NCBI GenBank assembly: GCA_024346625.1
Contig: AP024665.1
Location: forward strand, 248,001 to 312,000
DNA from: Williopsis jadinii
Lineage: Eukaryota
Direction: 5' to 3'
Length of the DNA: 64,000 bases
Shown here: positions 32,556-46,814 of the stretch, piece after piece
How positions within the stretch are numbered: position 1 is the stretch's first letter
Layout: each line of letters opens with the position of its first letter
Notes under the pieces: generated by a model
Databases searched by the model: none
What the model was told of the DNA's origin: nothing
The model's input: only the letters and a program-made list of their open reading frames with translations
Program-made: the position numbers and the translations under genes

Positions 32556-33881
32556 ATGCTTGCTTCAAGAAGTGCCCGTGTTGCTCTCAAGAGCACAACC
32601 ACAAGAGTCATTGCATCCAATGTCTCGAGAAGAGCTCTCTCTCAACTCAGACCTGCTAGCAAGACCTTGTTTGCCACCTCTGTTAACTCTGTGAAGCGTT
32701 CTGCCTTTGCTCCATCAGCCCCAATCACTTTGGTGCGTATGAACTCCACCGTTGTCAAGGTGCCAGATATGGCAGAATCGCTTACCGAAGGTACCTTGAG
32801 AGATTTCTCGGTCAAGGTTGGTGATTTTGTCCAAGCTGATCAAGTTGTTGCTACCATTGAAACTGATAAGATTGATGTCGAGGTCAATGCTCCATTCTCT
32901 GGTACCATTACCGAGCTCCTTGCTCAACCGGAGGACACCGTCGAAGTTGGCCAAGATTTGTACAAGATTGAACAAGGTGAAGCCCCAGAAGGTGGTGCGA
33001 CTCCTCCAGCTGCCGAGGCTCCAAAGGAGGAAACCCCAGCTGCTGAGACTCCTAAGCAAGAGGCTCCAAAGCAAGAGGCTCCAAAGAAGGAGGCTGCTGC
33101 TCCAGCTCCAACCCCAGCCCCAGCCCCAAAGAAGGAGGCCCCAAAGAAGGAGTCCAAGCCAGTTGAGACCTTCACTGCCTTTGCCAGAACTGAGAGCCGT
33201 GTCAAGATGAACCGTATGCGTCAAAGAATTGCAGAGAGACTTAAAGAGTCCCAAAACACCGCTGCATCATTGACCACCTTCAACGAAGTTGACATGTCAT
33301 CTATCTTGGAGTTGCGTAAGCTTTACAAGGATGAGATCATCAAGAAGAAAGACATCAAGTTTGGTTTCATGGGTCTCTTCTCAAAGGCTGCTACTTTGGC
33401 TATGAAGGATATCCCAGCCGTTAACGGTGCCATTGAAGGTGATCAACTTGTCTACAGAGACTACGTTGATATCTCTGTTGCTGTTGCCACTCCAAAGGGT
33501 TTGGTTACCCCAGTGGTCCGTAACGCTGAGTCCCTCTCCGTCTTGGAAATTGAGCAGGAGATCTCCAACTTGGGTAAGAAGGCCCGTGATGGTAAGCTCA
33601 CCTTGGAAGACATGGCTGGTGGTACTTTCACCATCTCTAACGGTGGTGTCTTTGGTTCCCTCTATGGTACTCCAATCATCAACTTGCCACAAACCGCCGT
33701 TCTCGGTTTGCACGGTGTCAAAGAGAGACCAGTCACAGTAAACGGTCAAATTGTGAGTAGACCTATGATGTACTTGGCCTTGACATACGATCACAGAATG
33801 GTTGATGGTAGAGAGGCTGTCACTTTCTTGAAGACAGTCAAGGAATTGATCGAAGACCCAAGAAAAATGTTGTTGTACTAA
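32556..33881 (+). CDS. KGD2: Dihydrolipoamide succinyltransferase (2-oxoglutarate dehydrogenase E2)
   Basis: Lipoyl motif [10 protein letters not shown], Pro/Ala/Lys/Glu linker, [27 protein letters not shown], catalytic YDHRMVDG. Confidence 0.97.
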   Translation: MLASRSARVALKSTTTRVIASNVSRRALSQLRPASKTLFATSVNSVKRSAFAPSAPITLVRMNSTVVKVPDMAESLTEGTLRDFSVKVGDFVQADQVVATIETDKIDVEVNAPFSGTITELLAQPEDTVEVGQDLYKIEQGEAPEGGATPPAAEAPKEETPAAETPKQEAPKQEAPKKEAAAPAPTPAPAPKKEAPKKESKPVETFTAFARTESRVKMNRMRQRIAERLKESQNTAASLTTFNEVDMSSILELRKLYKDEIIKKKDIKFGFMGLFSKAATLAMKDIPAVNGAIEGDQLVYRDYVDISVAVATPKGLVTPVVRNAESLSVLEIEQEISNLGKKARDGKLTLEDMAGGTFTISNGGVFGSLYGTPIINLPQTAVLGLHGVKERPVTVNGQIVSRPMMYLALTYDHRMVDGREAVTFLKTVKELIEDPRKMLLY

Positions 33882-34047
33882 GCTTGCACGTTGACTTTAA
33901 GGATCTCCAAATAGGGATATATACTAGGTTTGTCATCTTAAATGGTACATATATAAGTGCTACTTTTTTTATTAAGTATTTATTGACTTCCTTAAATGCA
34001 CACACTCGCCATAAATCAAGACTATTTACATGAGAATCACTAAACAG

Positions 34048-35901
34048 TTAATCAAAAAGCTTTGTTGGTAGTAGTTTTAAGGGCTTGGTCACTTCATCCT
34101 TATCGGCTAATCCCAATTGAACCAAATCTCCCCAGAAGACTGACAGTTTATCTCTTGCGTACTTGAGGTATTCGAAGGAATCCACGTCCGTTTCACCACT
34201 TTCCTCTTCCACAACTTCCTCCTCCTCCAGCTGTTCTTGATCGGAATCTTCAGTGACAATCTTGTATTGTTCACCATTTGGACCTTGCTCAATAATAACA
34301 TCCTTGATTTGGGACTTATCACCATTTTGCAGAATCGCCCACAAAGCCCAGAAGATTGACACTATTGGTCTCCAGAGAATGCACTCGTCGTATAACTTCT
34401 TGGCCTGGATATCCAACTTGTTGATATCGGTTTCAGCGTTATTGAAGATGATGTAGGAGTGGATCAAGTTGAACTGCTCCTCCATAGTTGGGAAGTCTGA
34501 CTCAGTAACTGCATATGATTGTGTTGGGTGGTTGTAATTGTGCATCCATTCGCAAAAATGGTTAGCGATGTCGAACTGAGGAGGATTGGCACCAGAATAT
34601 TCAAAGTCGATGACGACGAGATTCTGATCTTGTTTCTTCTCCTGTTGAGAAGGTTTGATATTCTGTAAATTTTCAAGGCTCAAATTTGAAAAGTTGGTAC
34701 GGAGTGACTGTTGATCTGAGATTTGTGACTGAGATTCACTTTCAGATGAGTTGGGAAGGCTCTTAGACGTGAATAACAAGTTACCATATTGAGTATCGTT
34801 ATGGCAAAAGACCAAAGTCTCATTGAGGTTCTTGTAACGAGACTCGATCCATTTTTCGTACTCCTCAATTTTGCTCTGCAAAAATTCGAATGAAGATCCC
34901 AACACTTCTTCCGGTTCAACTCCCAAATTTGGATTTGCTAGAAGTTCCTTGACCACAGGTAACCATTTCTTGATGTTTTTGAACGATGATGGCCCTTCAT
35001 TTCTCTCTTGTTGTGTCAATTTGATACCCGAGTGCAACTCTTTCATTCTTCTAGCAATTCTGGCGCTTGTCTTCTTGTTCATGATATCGCTCTTAGTTAG
35101 TGTGATTGCGTTATCCAAGAACTGCTCAATCCGACCATTTGTGAAGCATCCAAACAAACGAGGCCCAATGTGCTGCATTGAGAGTCTCACAAGGACTTTC
35201 AACTCGTAGTCCCTATCGATGATAGATTCAACGTTTGGACCGTAAACTCTTAGCAAGAGCACTGGGAAATTGTGATGGGACAGGTCCAAGTTCCTCAATA
35301 CGGTGATAGAAGGAGCCTCAACTTTATAGATAGCGTTTGTCAAGGCACCTGAAATTCTCTTTATGGAGATATCCTGAGCAGCGTGCGAAGGAAGTCTATG
35401 CCACTTCGAAACGTGCAACTGCTGAAGAACGGACAACAAATCTTGCTTGAAATAGTCAACAGGGAGAGAATTATCCAATGTAGCTACAACAGCAGGGATG
35501 TCAACAGTTTCTGTGTCAACAGCACTGTCTTGTTGCTCTAACTCGATAGACTTGAAGGATTTAGCACTGTTTCTGCGCGATCCCAGCGTGGGTCTTCTTG
35601 AATGCGAATGGGATCTCGACTGAGAACGAGACCTTGAAGGGTTCGAGTGGAAACTGGAACGGTGACTTCTTGTTTGCTGTTCTGCTGGCATCGCTTGAAT
35701 AGTAGGGGAAAAGGCTTTCTCGGCTCCTTTGGTTGATTGCTGTGCAAAAATGTGGGCGTTTTGTGGTTTTCTTTGTGTTTGCCTTTGTTTTTCAACATTT
35801 GACAGTTTTCCATTTGTTTTGGGCCCTATAAAAGTTTTCGGTTCCTCCGTACTAAATCGGCATGTGATCGTCAGACCTATAGAAAGATTTTCCTTGTCCA
35901 T
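34048..35901 (-). CDS. CKI1: Choline/ethanolamine kinase
   Basis: ISGALTNAIY, LLRVYG, Brenner motif VFCHNDTQYGNLL, VIDFEY, FDIANHFCEW. The true start may be the second ATG at 35691 (MPAEQQ). Confidence 0.9.
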   Translation of the reverse strand: MDKENLSIGLTITCRFSTEEPKTFIGPKTNGKLSNVEKQRQTQRKPQNAHIFAQQSTKGAEKAFSPTIQAMPAEQQTRSHRSSFHSNPSRSRSQSRSHSHSRRPTLGSRRNSAKSFKSIELEQQDSAVDTETVDIPAVVATLDNSLPVDYFKQDLLSVLQQLHVSKWHRLPSHAAQDISIKRISGALTNAIYKVEAPSITVLRNLDLSHHNFPVLLLRVYGPNVESIIDRDYELKVLVRLSMQHIGPRLFGCFTNGRIEQFLDNAITLTKSDIMNKKTSARIARRMKELHSGIKLTQQERNEGPSSFKNIKKWLPVVKELLANPNLGVEPEEVLGSSFEFLQSKIEEYEKWIESRYKNLNETLVFCHNDTQYGNLLFTSKSLPNSSESESQSQISDQQSLRTNFSNLSLENLQNIKPSQQEKKQDQNLVVIDFEYSGANPPQFDIANHFCEWMHNYNHPTQSYAVTESDFPTMEEQFNLIHSYIIFNNAETDINKLDIQAKKLYDECILWRPIVSIFWALWAILQNGDKSQIKDVIIEQGPNGEQYKIVTEDSDQEQLEEEEVVEEESGETDVDSFEYLKYARDKLSVFWGDLVQLGLADKDEVTKPLKLLPTKLFD

Positions 35902-36235
35902 TTTGAGATTGTATCATTATTGACAAAGTTTTATCTTTATTAGATGTGACTCGTATTCGATTTCCCCAATTACTCTCTTTAAAGAGACGCCAATGTCCTC
36001 TTTGAGCTTTGTATACCTTCGAGTGTCAAAGGTGGACTAATTAAGCTGCGGTTAGATAAGCTGCTAGAGCTAGAAGCAAGTTAAAGTCTTATCGGATTAA
36101 CCTTAGTGGGGATTTACGCGTGTGTGAAGCCCCAAGGACTTACAAAAGAAGTGAAGGACGATATAGACAGTTCTACCCCTCTTCCCTCTACCGCCGCATT
36201 AATTACACTGTTATTCGCTAAAACTTCCGATTCGG

Positions 36236-36634
36236 TTATTGCTTAAGGTCGTATACAAATGAATCCAAATGAACCGCGTATTTCAACTTCTTGACGTCTT
36301 TTTCATCGTCATTGTCAAAGAATGCAAATCCCAGTGGACCACGATCACACTCAGAACAGATGATTAGTCTTTCGACTTTCACACCGGACTCGACAAACTG
36401 GTCTGTAGGTTTGGAGACTCCAATGTTGTCAAAATCCCACACATCGTCAACGATGATGAAGTTATCGGTAATCGCATCTGTAGAAACATCCTCTCCAACT
36501 TTTATGAAGGGAATACCGGTTTCAATGCGCTTAACAACGTTGCACTTGGGCGTTATGATGCGCGCATTACACTGTGAATATGGACATCTGAGTACAGCAC
36601 TTGAGAGGTTGATGTCTGGGTTATAAGTGTCCAT
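36236..36634 (-). CDS. DSS4: Mss4/Dss4-family Rab nucleotide-release factor
   Basis: LRCPYSQCNARI, DVWDFDNIGVSK, ICSECDRGPLG zinc motifs; ATG at 36634. Confidence 0.88.
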   Translation of the reverse strand: MDTYNPDINLSSAVLRCPYSQCNARIITPKCNVVKRIETGIPFIKVGEDVSTDAITDNFIIVDDVWDFDNIGVSKPTDQFVESGVKVERLIICSECDRGPLGFAFFDNDDEKDVKKLKYAVHLDSFVYDLKQ

Positions 36635-36943
36635 TCTATCCTCTCCTTTATTTGCCAGCTTCCCGCTGTGCCTCTCCAGTAAAATCACCGGAGAAATTTT
36701 CCAATACGTTTTTTGTCCAACCTTTTCCGTGCGTTTTATCTACCCCACGCTTTTCCCGCCCAAGCTGTATTTTTTAACCCCGTGTGTCGCCCCTCAAAGT
36801 TTATCGAGGAACATCAAACCTCGGTGCCAAAACCGCTCTAATAAGATACAAGTACAAGTTACAATTAGCCCATCACCTCTATTATATTCACGCACATTTA
36901 ATATCACATACCTAAGAAAAATTATAGATCACACAGTTCATCA

Positions 36944-38137
36944 TCATTTTTGTTGTGGAGCCGGGAACCCCAAGTTCAAACTACGCAACGGCGGTAACTC
37001 ATTCGAAAACGTACTCGAGGTTGGTCCCAGCTTTGGACTGACAGCTGGTGTTTGTAACGGCGTAGCCTCCGGAGTCTTACCCAAACGATTCGTTATGGAA
37101 GTGGCCCCGATGGAGTTGTTGAGCACATTCTGCAAGTTTGTGAAAGAATTAGGGTTGGAATTAAGCAGAGAAGATTGAACGCCATTATTCGTGGAGCTAA
37201 ACGCCGTCGATGCGAAAACAGGGGACTGTGGCATGGACGGCGAATTTGGACGCGATCTCTTGAGTCGATCATGATTGTAGTAGTTATCATCCTCCAAGTT
37301 CTCATTCATAGAGGATAACGAACTTTGTGATTTGGACTTGTTCAAACTCGCACGACCGGCTGAGATGGGCGAATTCATCCTCAGTGGGGTCATTCTCTGC
37401 AGAGAAGATAACGAGTTTAGAGGGTGCGGATGGTGAATAGGAGCACTAGGCAACTTTGGAGATGTTGAAGTGGACTGTGTCTTCATAGCCTGTGTAGGTG
37501 GAGGTGCAAAAGGCTGGTTGTACCTTGAAGGGTCAAAGAAGGAAGTAAGGGAAGGTAACGACTTGACGGATTGTAATTTTTGTTCCTTCTCCAGCTCCAA
37601 CGCAGCTGCCTTTGCAAGAATGTTGATATCGAAAAAAGACGATGGATGGCTTTGACCATTATTGCTTCCCGTACTTGAATCCAAATGTTGAACGCTGTTG
37701 CCATTCAAAGTAGTTGTTCTTGGGGGTGAATTTGGAAGCGAAACTGTCGTGGCCAGAATATCCCTCTTCAGTTGAGCCTCCTTCTGTTGTGTTGTAATGG
37801 TATATATATCATCCTTAGTCTCCTCGGACACTTTAGATTGTATAGGTTGCTTCTCAGCCTTAACCTCACCTTGTTTTTTCTTCAAGTTGTACGTTCTTCT
37901 TCTCGCATTGGGGTTGTTGTGGATTCTCGAGTGTCTCGTTAACTCATCCGATCTTGAAAACTTCTTGAAACAGCCTGGGTAAGTACAAGCATGGGGCTTT
38001 TCACCTGTATGTGTTCTTATATGTCTAGTCTGGTGTTCTAGTCTGTGAAACGCCTTTTCACACATAGGACATTTGTATGGTCGAGGAAGATCCTGCTTTT
38101 CCTTTGCTGGGGTGTTGGTCTTTTTTTTCTCCTCCAT
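36944..38137 (-). CDS. MIG1: Glucose-repression C2H2 repressor Mig1/CreA
   Basis: [34 protein letters not shown]...[33 protein letters not shown]-terminal LPPLRSL. Confidence 0.95.
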   Translation of the reverse strand: MEEKKKTNTPAKEKQDLPRPYKCPMCEKAFHRLEHQTRHIRTHTGEKPHACTYPGCFKKFSRSDELTRHSRIHNNPNARRRTYNLKKKQGEVKAEKQPIQSKVSEETKDDIYTITTQQKEAQLKRDILATTVSLPNSPPRTTTLNGNSVQHLDSSTGSNNGQSHPSSFFDINILAKAAALELEKEQKLQSVKSLPSLTSFFDPSRYNQPFAPPPTQAMKTQSTSTSPKLPSAPIHHPHPLNSLSSLQRMTPLRMNSPISAGRASLNKSKSQSSLSSMNENLEDDNYYNHDRLKRSRPNSPSMPQSPVFASTAFSSTNNGVQSSLLNSNPNSFTNLQNVLNNSIGATSITNRLGKTPEATPLQTPAVSPKLGPTSSTFSNELPPLRSLNLGFPAPQQK

Positions 38138-40219
38138 CTCTAATCTCAGACCTTTTACTTCTAGAAATACACAACTCGGTGAGTTTGTTTAAGCCTGGAA
38201 CGATTATTCAACAGAAATTAATCTTTCAAAGGTGTCTAGGTTATACACTTTTCAACAAGTTTCCCCTGGTGGTGAGAGCTTTTGTAGATTTTTTCCCTGT
38301 TTTTTTGGTCTTCAACCCCAGGAAAAACGAGAAAGAGAAGTGGGAAAAAAAGAAACGAAAGCTGCCGGGTAAAAAAAAGTTTGGAGAAGAATTTTTTAAC
38401 ACGCCGCAAGTGGAGAGAGAACTTTACACACGCCGCCCTCCTAAGTTTTTAACAAATGAGTCCAAGCCCATCACACAGGAGGGAAACCTCGACGACTACA
38501 GTGGGTTTAAACGCAGCACAAGCAACAACAACAAAAAAAAATGGCAAAGGGGTAACTATTTGAGCAGCTTTTCTTGAAATGGACTCCTAGAAATAGGGGG
38601 GAAATGGATGTATTCTACATCCACACATACTTTTAGGAGGGGTCTCGGTGTTTGACTCTTTATTCAATTGTTTGGAAATTGAACACCTGAACATTGAGCG
38701 CTGAGCTCTGAGATCGAAGTTGTTAAAGACAACAAGTTAAACCTTTGTGTATGCTGTGACTATGGCACTACCAGTGGCACTTAACACTGGTACACTCACT
38801 CCCTTATGGCACAGAAAGCCATAAGATTTCCGTGTGCAGGCACGCATGTTCTGAGCGGCAATCGCAAACCGCAACTCGCAGCATGTTGAACGTGTGTGTT
38901 TTTTTGGCCAGTTTCAAACCTCAGCTGATTGCATGTTTGAGAAATGTCGATTTGTAAGAATTTTAGATGAAACTTGAGAGTCGCAGAGATCCAGCTTTTG
39001 GAACGGTGCCATAACGTGATTTGTTGTTGACTTGACATTTATGAGATCCTACACAGTTTCGCCAAACTTGATTTGAATTGTGGATGTATGCTAAACTTAG
39101 TACAGTAACTGTATACATAGTATCCCGGAGCTTGAGAAATCTTAGTTAACTAATCTTTCATGCATTCAAGTCCACCCTGGGAGGCATATACACAAATACA
39201 TAGACTTCAAACATAAATTGGTCAACTTATAAAGGATGCTTGTGGGTAGGTGATATCCATAGACGTAAAATAGCACAAGCTACGTTCTTCTAGTATTCTG
39301 GAGGTTGATTTTCATAACAGCAATGGGTCGGACGCCGGGGGCCGGACCGACTATCCCCAGACTGTTTCAATTAATGGTGAACCAGCAATTAGCGCTTCCT
39401 CGGACTTGCTTCTGCAATGCGCGGCTAGCGCTTAGCTGAGATCGCAAAGCAAAAAAAAAAACCGGAAAAACTGTTAGAACTAACGTCATTCTTACGCGCT
39501 ATCTCGAATACAGCTGTTTAAAAGTTATTGCGGATTACAGCTCTATTTTTGCGTTTAGTCAATAAACAAATAAATAGTCGTTGATTTTATCACTTAACAA
39601 CCATAAAACAAGTATGTAAAGTCAAAAAGCATAGTTGATAACCTTTAAAAAGTGTGTAAAAGCAATGCGAATAGCGTAAAAGTTTGTGTCATCGGCACCA
39701 TGTACAGCTGACATTCCCTAAAACACCATCATTCAGTCATGAATAAATAAAATAGTGGAAGGCGCCCTGTCGTTCAAAGATGAATTCCACCTCGATGGTC
39801 TTGTTGATCCAGGTATCTCTTCTTCAAAGCGAAACCACAACATCAACTTTCGCCTACTGTAAAAGAGGCACTCAAAATTTTTCACTTTTCGAAGCACATT
39901 GTACCACGCGATATGTCAACACATGCACAAACAACCGAAAAAAAAAACACCCAAAAAACCACACGATATAAATACTTCGACTCTGAGGATAACAGACCAG
40001 TACACCCAGTACCAAATAAAAATTTTACTCCTCACGATAACACATCTCGTTCCAATCCCGATTCAATCCCCGCAGGAGATCAAATGTGTGTAAAATAATA
40101 GCACAAATTATGAGGTGATTTTCCCCTCCAAAGCAAAACGCCATCTCGTGTTGGAGCTCCGCCTGTAAACACCCCCGTCTGGAAGAATACCAAACATGGT
40201 CTAGAAACACGTAGTCTCT

Positions 40220-41557
40220 TTACTCATGCTTAAAACAGCATCTGTTACCATAACGACATGATCCTGTTTTACTCCAATTGGCACATGGTTTGGAACGCCA
40301 TTTGGATCCCCTATCAACAGCCTTCAACTCGTGCTCGCCATGAGCAAATTGACATTTTGACCCATATGGACAAGTGCCACTTCTCTGAAAAGTAGAACAC
40401 AATTCTGTCTTGTAGAGAACGGTGTTTATCTTATTGTTCTCCGATGAATTGGCTGACTTGGTCCCTGAACCACCAGCTGGAGCTTTTGTAGTAGTCGGCG
40501 TACTGTCTTGTAGTTTGTCCAGGTTCTCCTGTGTGAGTGGCAACTTGTCTGCCTCCAACTTTTTGGAGTTCAAAGTCTCTAGCTGTTGTTGCTGAAGTTG
40601 AATCTGTAGTTGCAACTGTTGAAGCTGTTGTGCAACCAACTGTGCTTGTTGCTGGAGCAAAAGTGGGTTAGAAAACATTGGTTGTTGTTGCTGCTGCATT
40701 TGTGACTGTAATTGATCGAGGTACCCCTGTGGTTGAGAAGTTTGAACCGTGTTATTCAAAGAAGACCCAAAAAGGTGAGCCTGTTGAAGTAGACTGTTGA
40801 GTGTTGTCTGCGATGCTTGAAGAGATTGCTGTTGTTGCATTAAAGTGGTCATTTGTTGTTGTGGTTGTGGTTGAGGTTGAGGTTGAGATTCAAACACCCC
40901 TAATGAATTGTTGCGGGTGTAATTAGTAGTCTGATAATGCAGCGGCGCATGTGGAATTTGTGACACACTGTTCAAAAGCGCGTTGAATTGTGAAGATGCC
41001 GATGAAGTCGCTGGTGGCGGTGGTGTGCTACTCCGTGGTGTTGTGCAAGCTGTGAAATTCATCTGCTGTTGCTGTTGCTGTGATGGCAAAGGTTGTTGTG
41101 CCATTGAATTGTTCACCTTCATGTCAAAAACAGAAGTGGACCTTGAGCTAAAATCATGCGATGAGCTTTGAGTCTGAGAGTGCGGGTTGGACTGGGGCGA
41201 AGATTGGAAATCAGATGAATACCAAAGATCAACACCCTGTAGCTGGGAGTACAGAAACCTTTGCTCTTCTGGCGTGTTGTTGTGTTTGAATCTCAACGGA
41301 ATATCAACGTTGTGGCTACCTTTTCCCTTTTCACCCCAAAAGTCTGATGGGAGGAGCCTGGATTCCAAGTCTGTGTCTGTAGCAGATTCTGTGCCCATAC
41401 CTGAATTGTAACTATCAGTGGACGCCAATGACCCTGTTGAAAAATCCTTCTGTGGAAGCTGGGACCTAAGCTCAGAAATGAATCCCTTGTCTTGTGTTTG
41501 ATAAGATTGGTTTTGATGTTGAAACGCTTGGATGTAGTTGTAATCCCAAGATGACAT
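40220..41557 (-). CDS. CTH1: Tandem CCCH zinc-finger mRNA-decay factor (Cth1/Cth2/Tis11/Zfs1, tristetraprolin family)
   Basis: LYKTELC-x8-C-x5-C-x3-H and WRSKPC-x8-C-x5-C-x3-H fingers; LPLTQENL motif; Gln-rich N-terminal region. Confidence 0.9.
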   Translation of the reverse strand: MSSWDYNYIQAFQHQNQSYQTQDKGFISELRSQLPQKDFSTGSLASTDSYNSGMGTESATDTDLESRLLPSDFWGEKGKGSHNVDIPLRFKHNNTPEEQRFLYSQLQGVDLWYSSDFQSSPQSNPHSQTQSSSHDFSSRSTSVFDMKVNNSMAQQPLPSQQQQQQMNFTACTTPRSSTPPPPATSSASSQFNALLNSVSQIPHAPLHYQTTNYTRNNSLGVFESQPQPQPQPQQQMTTLMQQQQSLQASQTTLNSLLQQAHLFGSSLNNTVQTSQPQGYLDQLQSQMQQQQQPMFSNPLLLQQQAQLVAQQLQQLQLQIQLQQQQLETLNSKKLEADKLPLTQENLDKLQDSTPTTTKAPAGGSGTKSANSSENNKINTVLYKTELCSTFQRSGTCPYGSKCQFAHGEHELKAVDRGSKWRSKPCANWSKTGSCRYGNRCCFKHE

Positions 41558-44500
41558 ATCAGATTTTTTGCTCTCTTTGGTAGCTGGATTCGGGGTTGTG
41601 TTTGGGTACGCTAATTTGAGAAACTCGCTATGTTTGGGCGTAGTTGCTTAGGAAAAACAAAAGTTCGGGGACTGTAAATACCAATATCGTCTTCCCTAAA
41701 CCTTCGAGCGTGTCTCGTTTTATAAATCTTTGATCTGTGGAAATGTGAGCAGGATTCCAAAAGGTGCCTAGAAGTTTCTTATATATAGAAAGAAGTGAAA
41801 ACTGGAAGGAACAGAAGAAAGAGGTGTCAAGGGAATTTTAAACACACGCACAAACTTATAACTGTGGACAAATTTGTCCCAAAACTTTTCTGCGGCTACA
41901 AAAAACGGTTTGTCCCGCATATATGAAAACAGCGAGTTTTTGGGACAAATTAGCTCGAAACATTTCTTTTTTTTTCGTGCAATCTGGCTCTTTTCAAACC
42001 TGGACATTTATAACGCTCATCGTCATCATACACGAAACGATTATAGTTAAAAGAACAAACAAAAGTCCACCATAATGTAAACGTTTTTTTGAATATCAAT
42101 AGTGGATTTCATGATACAAGTGTTTTAAACTCCGCAGGTTCTAAGGGTGTGAATTTTGTCCAAATTGACACCTGAAAATCTAAGACTGTCCGTACGCTCA
42201 TCACCAGGCGCTTAGTGTTATCTATCAGATCAGTGGTAGGTGACACATATGTACACCCAAAGACTTCACCGAGCCATCGGCCTTACTATTTTGAAACTTG
42301 TTGGAGAGTTGTAGAACTGTGAGCATATTGCATGTAACCGTGTATATTTGATAGTACAGGGTGCTAATGGAACATAGGCTCTTTTCCGTATCCGGGATCA
42401 AAGCTGTACTTTCCCTCAATTCAGGCTTATGGATCAAGTTTCAACTCGGCCTTAGGTTCCTACGACTCGCCTTTTATTGAATAATTTTATATCCAAACAA
42501 TGATGTCCAGCTTTGTCCAGTCAATTATATAATGATCAAGCTGTAATCGACACATCAGTACACCTGTGATAGCTATATCAGTACACTAATTATTGACTAA
42601 GTTCTTTCAAGAACTTGAGGTCTTTTATAAACCTAAAAATTATACATTACCCCCTGGCTTTCTCTGTATTGCAACATAAAGATTCAAATATGAGGCTTCA
42701 CTTTCAACGTGTTTACCCAAGCACATTTCTACCATGGAATGTATTCAACAATAGATCAAGGTCAGACGACTCACAAGTGTTGTCTTGATTTAATAACTTA
42801 CCATTAAGTTATTACATACTGTCAGTGAAGAAAAATGTAACTACATACAACAACGTCAAAGATTGGAGGAGTGTGAGATGGAAAAGGACATGTTCCCGGG
42901 TTTGACAAACATGTGTCGCTACATCATCATTTGTCCCAAAGCAAAGCATGGCTGCAAGACATTTTCTTTACCTGCATCTGTACTTCGGTGTTAAACACAA
43001 AATTACTGCATCCACGTCCAGTTCTCACAAATGCTACACAGAATTGAATAGTCATGGCTCATGGGATATATATCCAATAGATGTGTTTCAGATCATATAG
43101 ATAGATGAAGTTTAATCGGTTGATCACATATTTACGACTAATGCTATTAGGTATGTTTATATGTTTTTGTAACTTGGTGACCGTCCCGCGCAGGATTAAT
43201 TCGTTGGACGATCACAACAGGATTCGGCATATTATCTGGTGGATGGATTTCTCATGTAAAACCAGGATCCGAGAAAAGGGCGCCCGCTTGAAACATTTTC
43301 TTGAGATTTGAGTGTGACTCGTTGTGAGTCACTCTTCTACGAATCAAAAGATTCAACTATACTAGTGACATTTTGGAGACGACTATGAGAATGTTCTTTG
43401 TAAAAGAATATCTATACTCAAACCTAACGTTGTTCGCTTTCTCTCAACTAAACTGAACGGTTAAAAACTCACCCTTATTCATGTTGTGCAATGTCTAGGT
43501 GTAAACTTTGAAGAAAGAGGGTGTTTACACCCGTGTCCAAGGTAATTCAAGCATGAACTGGCGAACAGTGACTCGCCTCTTATAGGCTAGTTTGATGAGA
43601 TCAAGCATTGGTACTGACGTCGACGGCAATGTGGCTTTGCAGTGCAAAGAAGTGCGTGCTAGGGTTTTCCTAGGTAACTTCTGTAATGCAGAGTTGCTGA
43701 GCTCCATTTCTAGCGTATACATACATATGTACAAAAGCGATTCCGGGATTGGTGCCCATTAGGTTTGATTTGTCCAAAACGAAAAAAAAACACTCGGAAA
43801 TGTCTGAACTTTTGTGTGTATGTACAACTGGGAATATTTTTCAGGGGCGAAGGGACAAGACATGAAGGAGCGGACTCCTCCATCTGATGTTCTGGTTTAT
43901 GTGGCAGCTGGATTATCACACAAAGCTACAAAATAACATGTAAAATATATGTGAGAGTTTTATCACTGTTCTAAAATATCCAAAGATGTCGTGTTTGGGA
44001 CCTTACTTATTTTTAAGTATGTGAGGAGGGGGACCTATGTGACACATAACTGAGATTAAATTTTTGAATGGCGCAAAGTGATCTTAAACCTTAAATACCT
44101 AGGTGAGGGGTAAGATTGGGGCAAACAAATAATCCGAATTTTTTTCAGGCCGTAGTCGTTCATGAAAATGTACCACTTTGTGCTCTTCAGAGACTGCAAA
44201 AGGGTAGTGATTTCTTTAGAGTAGCATGAACGCACTCCTTGTGTGTGTGTGTCTTATTGAGATGCGACAAGACACTTGATGAGCATGTTGCGTGCACCGT
44301 GGACGTCACGGTTGTGCTCCTCGGGATTCAGCTTATAATCTTCCAGATATATCGACGTCAAAATGTATGTTTTTGCCGATAACCTTTGTGTGGCACGTTG
44401 CTTTGCTCAGGGTGTGCCAGTTTAACTCTATGAATAATGTCAATATGATCATAAGTCAGTATAGTATAGAAAAATATAAGAGAAGAGGTTCAGTTCCTAA

Positions 44501-45170
44501 GAAGTAAGAAAGAGGAAATACAATGGTTCAAGAAGTGCCTTGTAAACCATTGTAGAGGACCACTTGAATCTTGAGGATTCATGCTTCATGTTGTTATCAC
44601 ATCCCAAAAAGGGTGTGATAATTGTAAAGTGTTATAGTGAATCACAGCTGATATAATTCAGTGATAAACCCGGAAATCGAGTCTGAAGGTCGAATATCAC
44701 GGCAAGGTGGTAAAGACACACGCCTTCCAGCTGCGTGAACGACGCGTGGTGAGTGGATGGTCTACACTGGGCTCATGAGGGGGAGAACGTCTGGTCCTTT
44801 CCGGATTAAATCATAGACACTGCGAGCGAGTTGAGGAGTTTGTCAAATGTCCGTTGTCCACTTCGTAAAATCCTCCCTGTGGGAAGGGCTTGAAATGCCC
44901 ATATCGGACACTTTTCCCACCACATATCAGTTTTGCTGTTATTTTGCTGTACATTTCCGTGCCCTAACACAGCAGTTTCACATTTGGCGCAAAAGTCTAC
45001 GAAAGGGCACCTTTTTTGGGCAACAGTTGTATCTCTCCCTTCTTTGTTGCTGGGAAATAATGCGTTTATAATTAAATCGAGGAAATCTAAGTGGGAATTA
45101 AATCTACACCAACGAATTCAAATTCAAACCGTTTAAAAACATCAATTCTTCGTAATCACTTCTATGTAAT

Positions 45171-46496
<1,326 letters not shown>

Positions 46497-46660
46497 TTAT
46501 GGGGTTTTTTAGGTTATTACTTCCTGAGAAGGTTCTGTACTACAAGAATGCTGTTGAAATACAAAATGTCGAACAATGGGAAAGATCAGTTTTATATAGA
46601 AGCGTCCTCGACACGCTATGTCTCCATGTTTCGTATGCCCAAACAACTTGACGAAATGTG

Positions 46661-46675
46661 GTAATTGCACGTGAC
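46661..46675. promoter_or_regulatory. Cbf1 site with Met4-recruitment motif (GTAAT-TG-CACGTGAC) upstream of MET17
   Basis: Exact RYAAT-NN-CACGTG arrangement about 180 bp upstream of the ATG; TATA element at about 46591. Confidence 0.8.
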
Positions 46676-46814
46676 ATGTGGCACCTCTTGTTAAAATTCA
46701 TATGCAAAATCTTGGTGTGGGACGTGGTTTTCCCCTTTGTTTGAAAAGTGTGTGCGCAGTGTAGAACTCTGGAGAAAAGAGCCGGTCTCTGGAGCTGTGA
46801 ATGGGTTGTTGTAA

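Noticed and set aside
34023..34032. Puf3-like CATGTAAATA after the CKI1 stop
   Set aside because: Choline kinase is not a typical mitochondrial Puf3 target, and such words are common in terminators.
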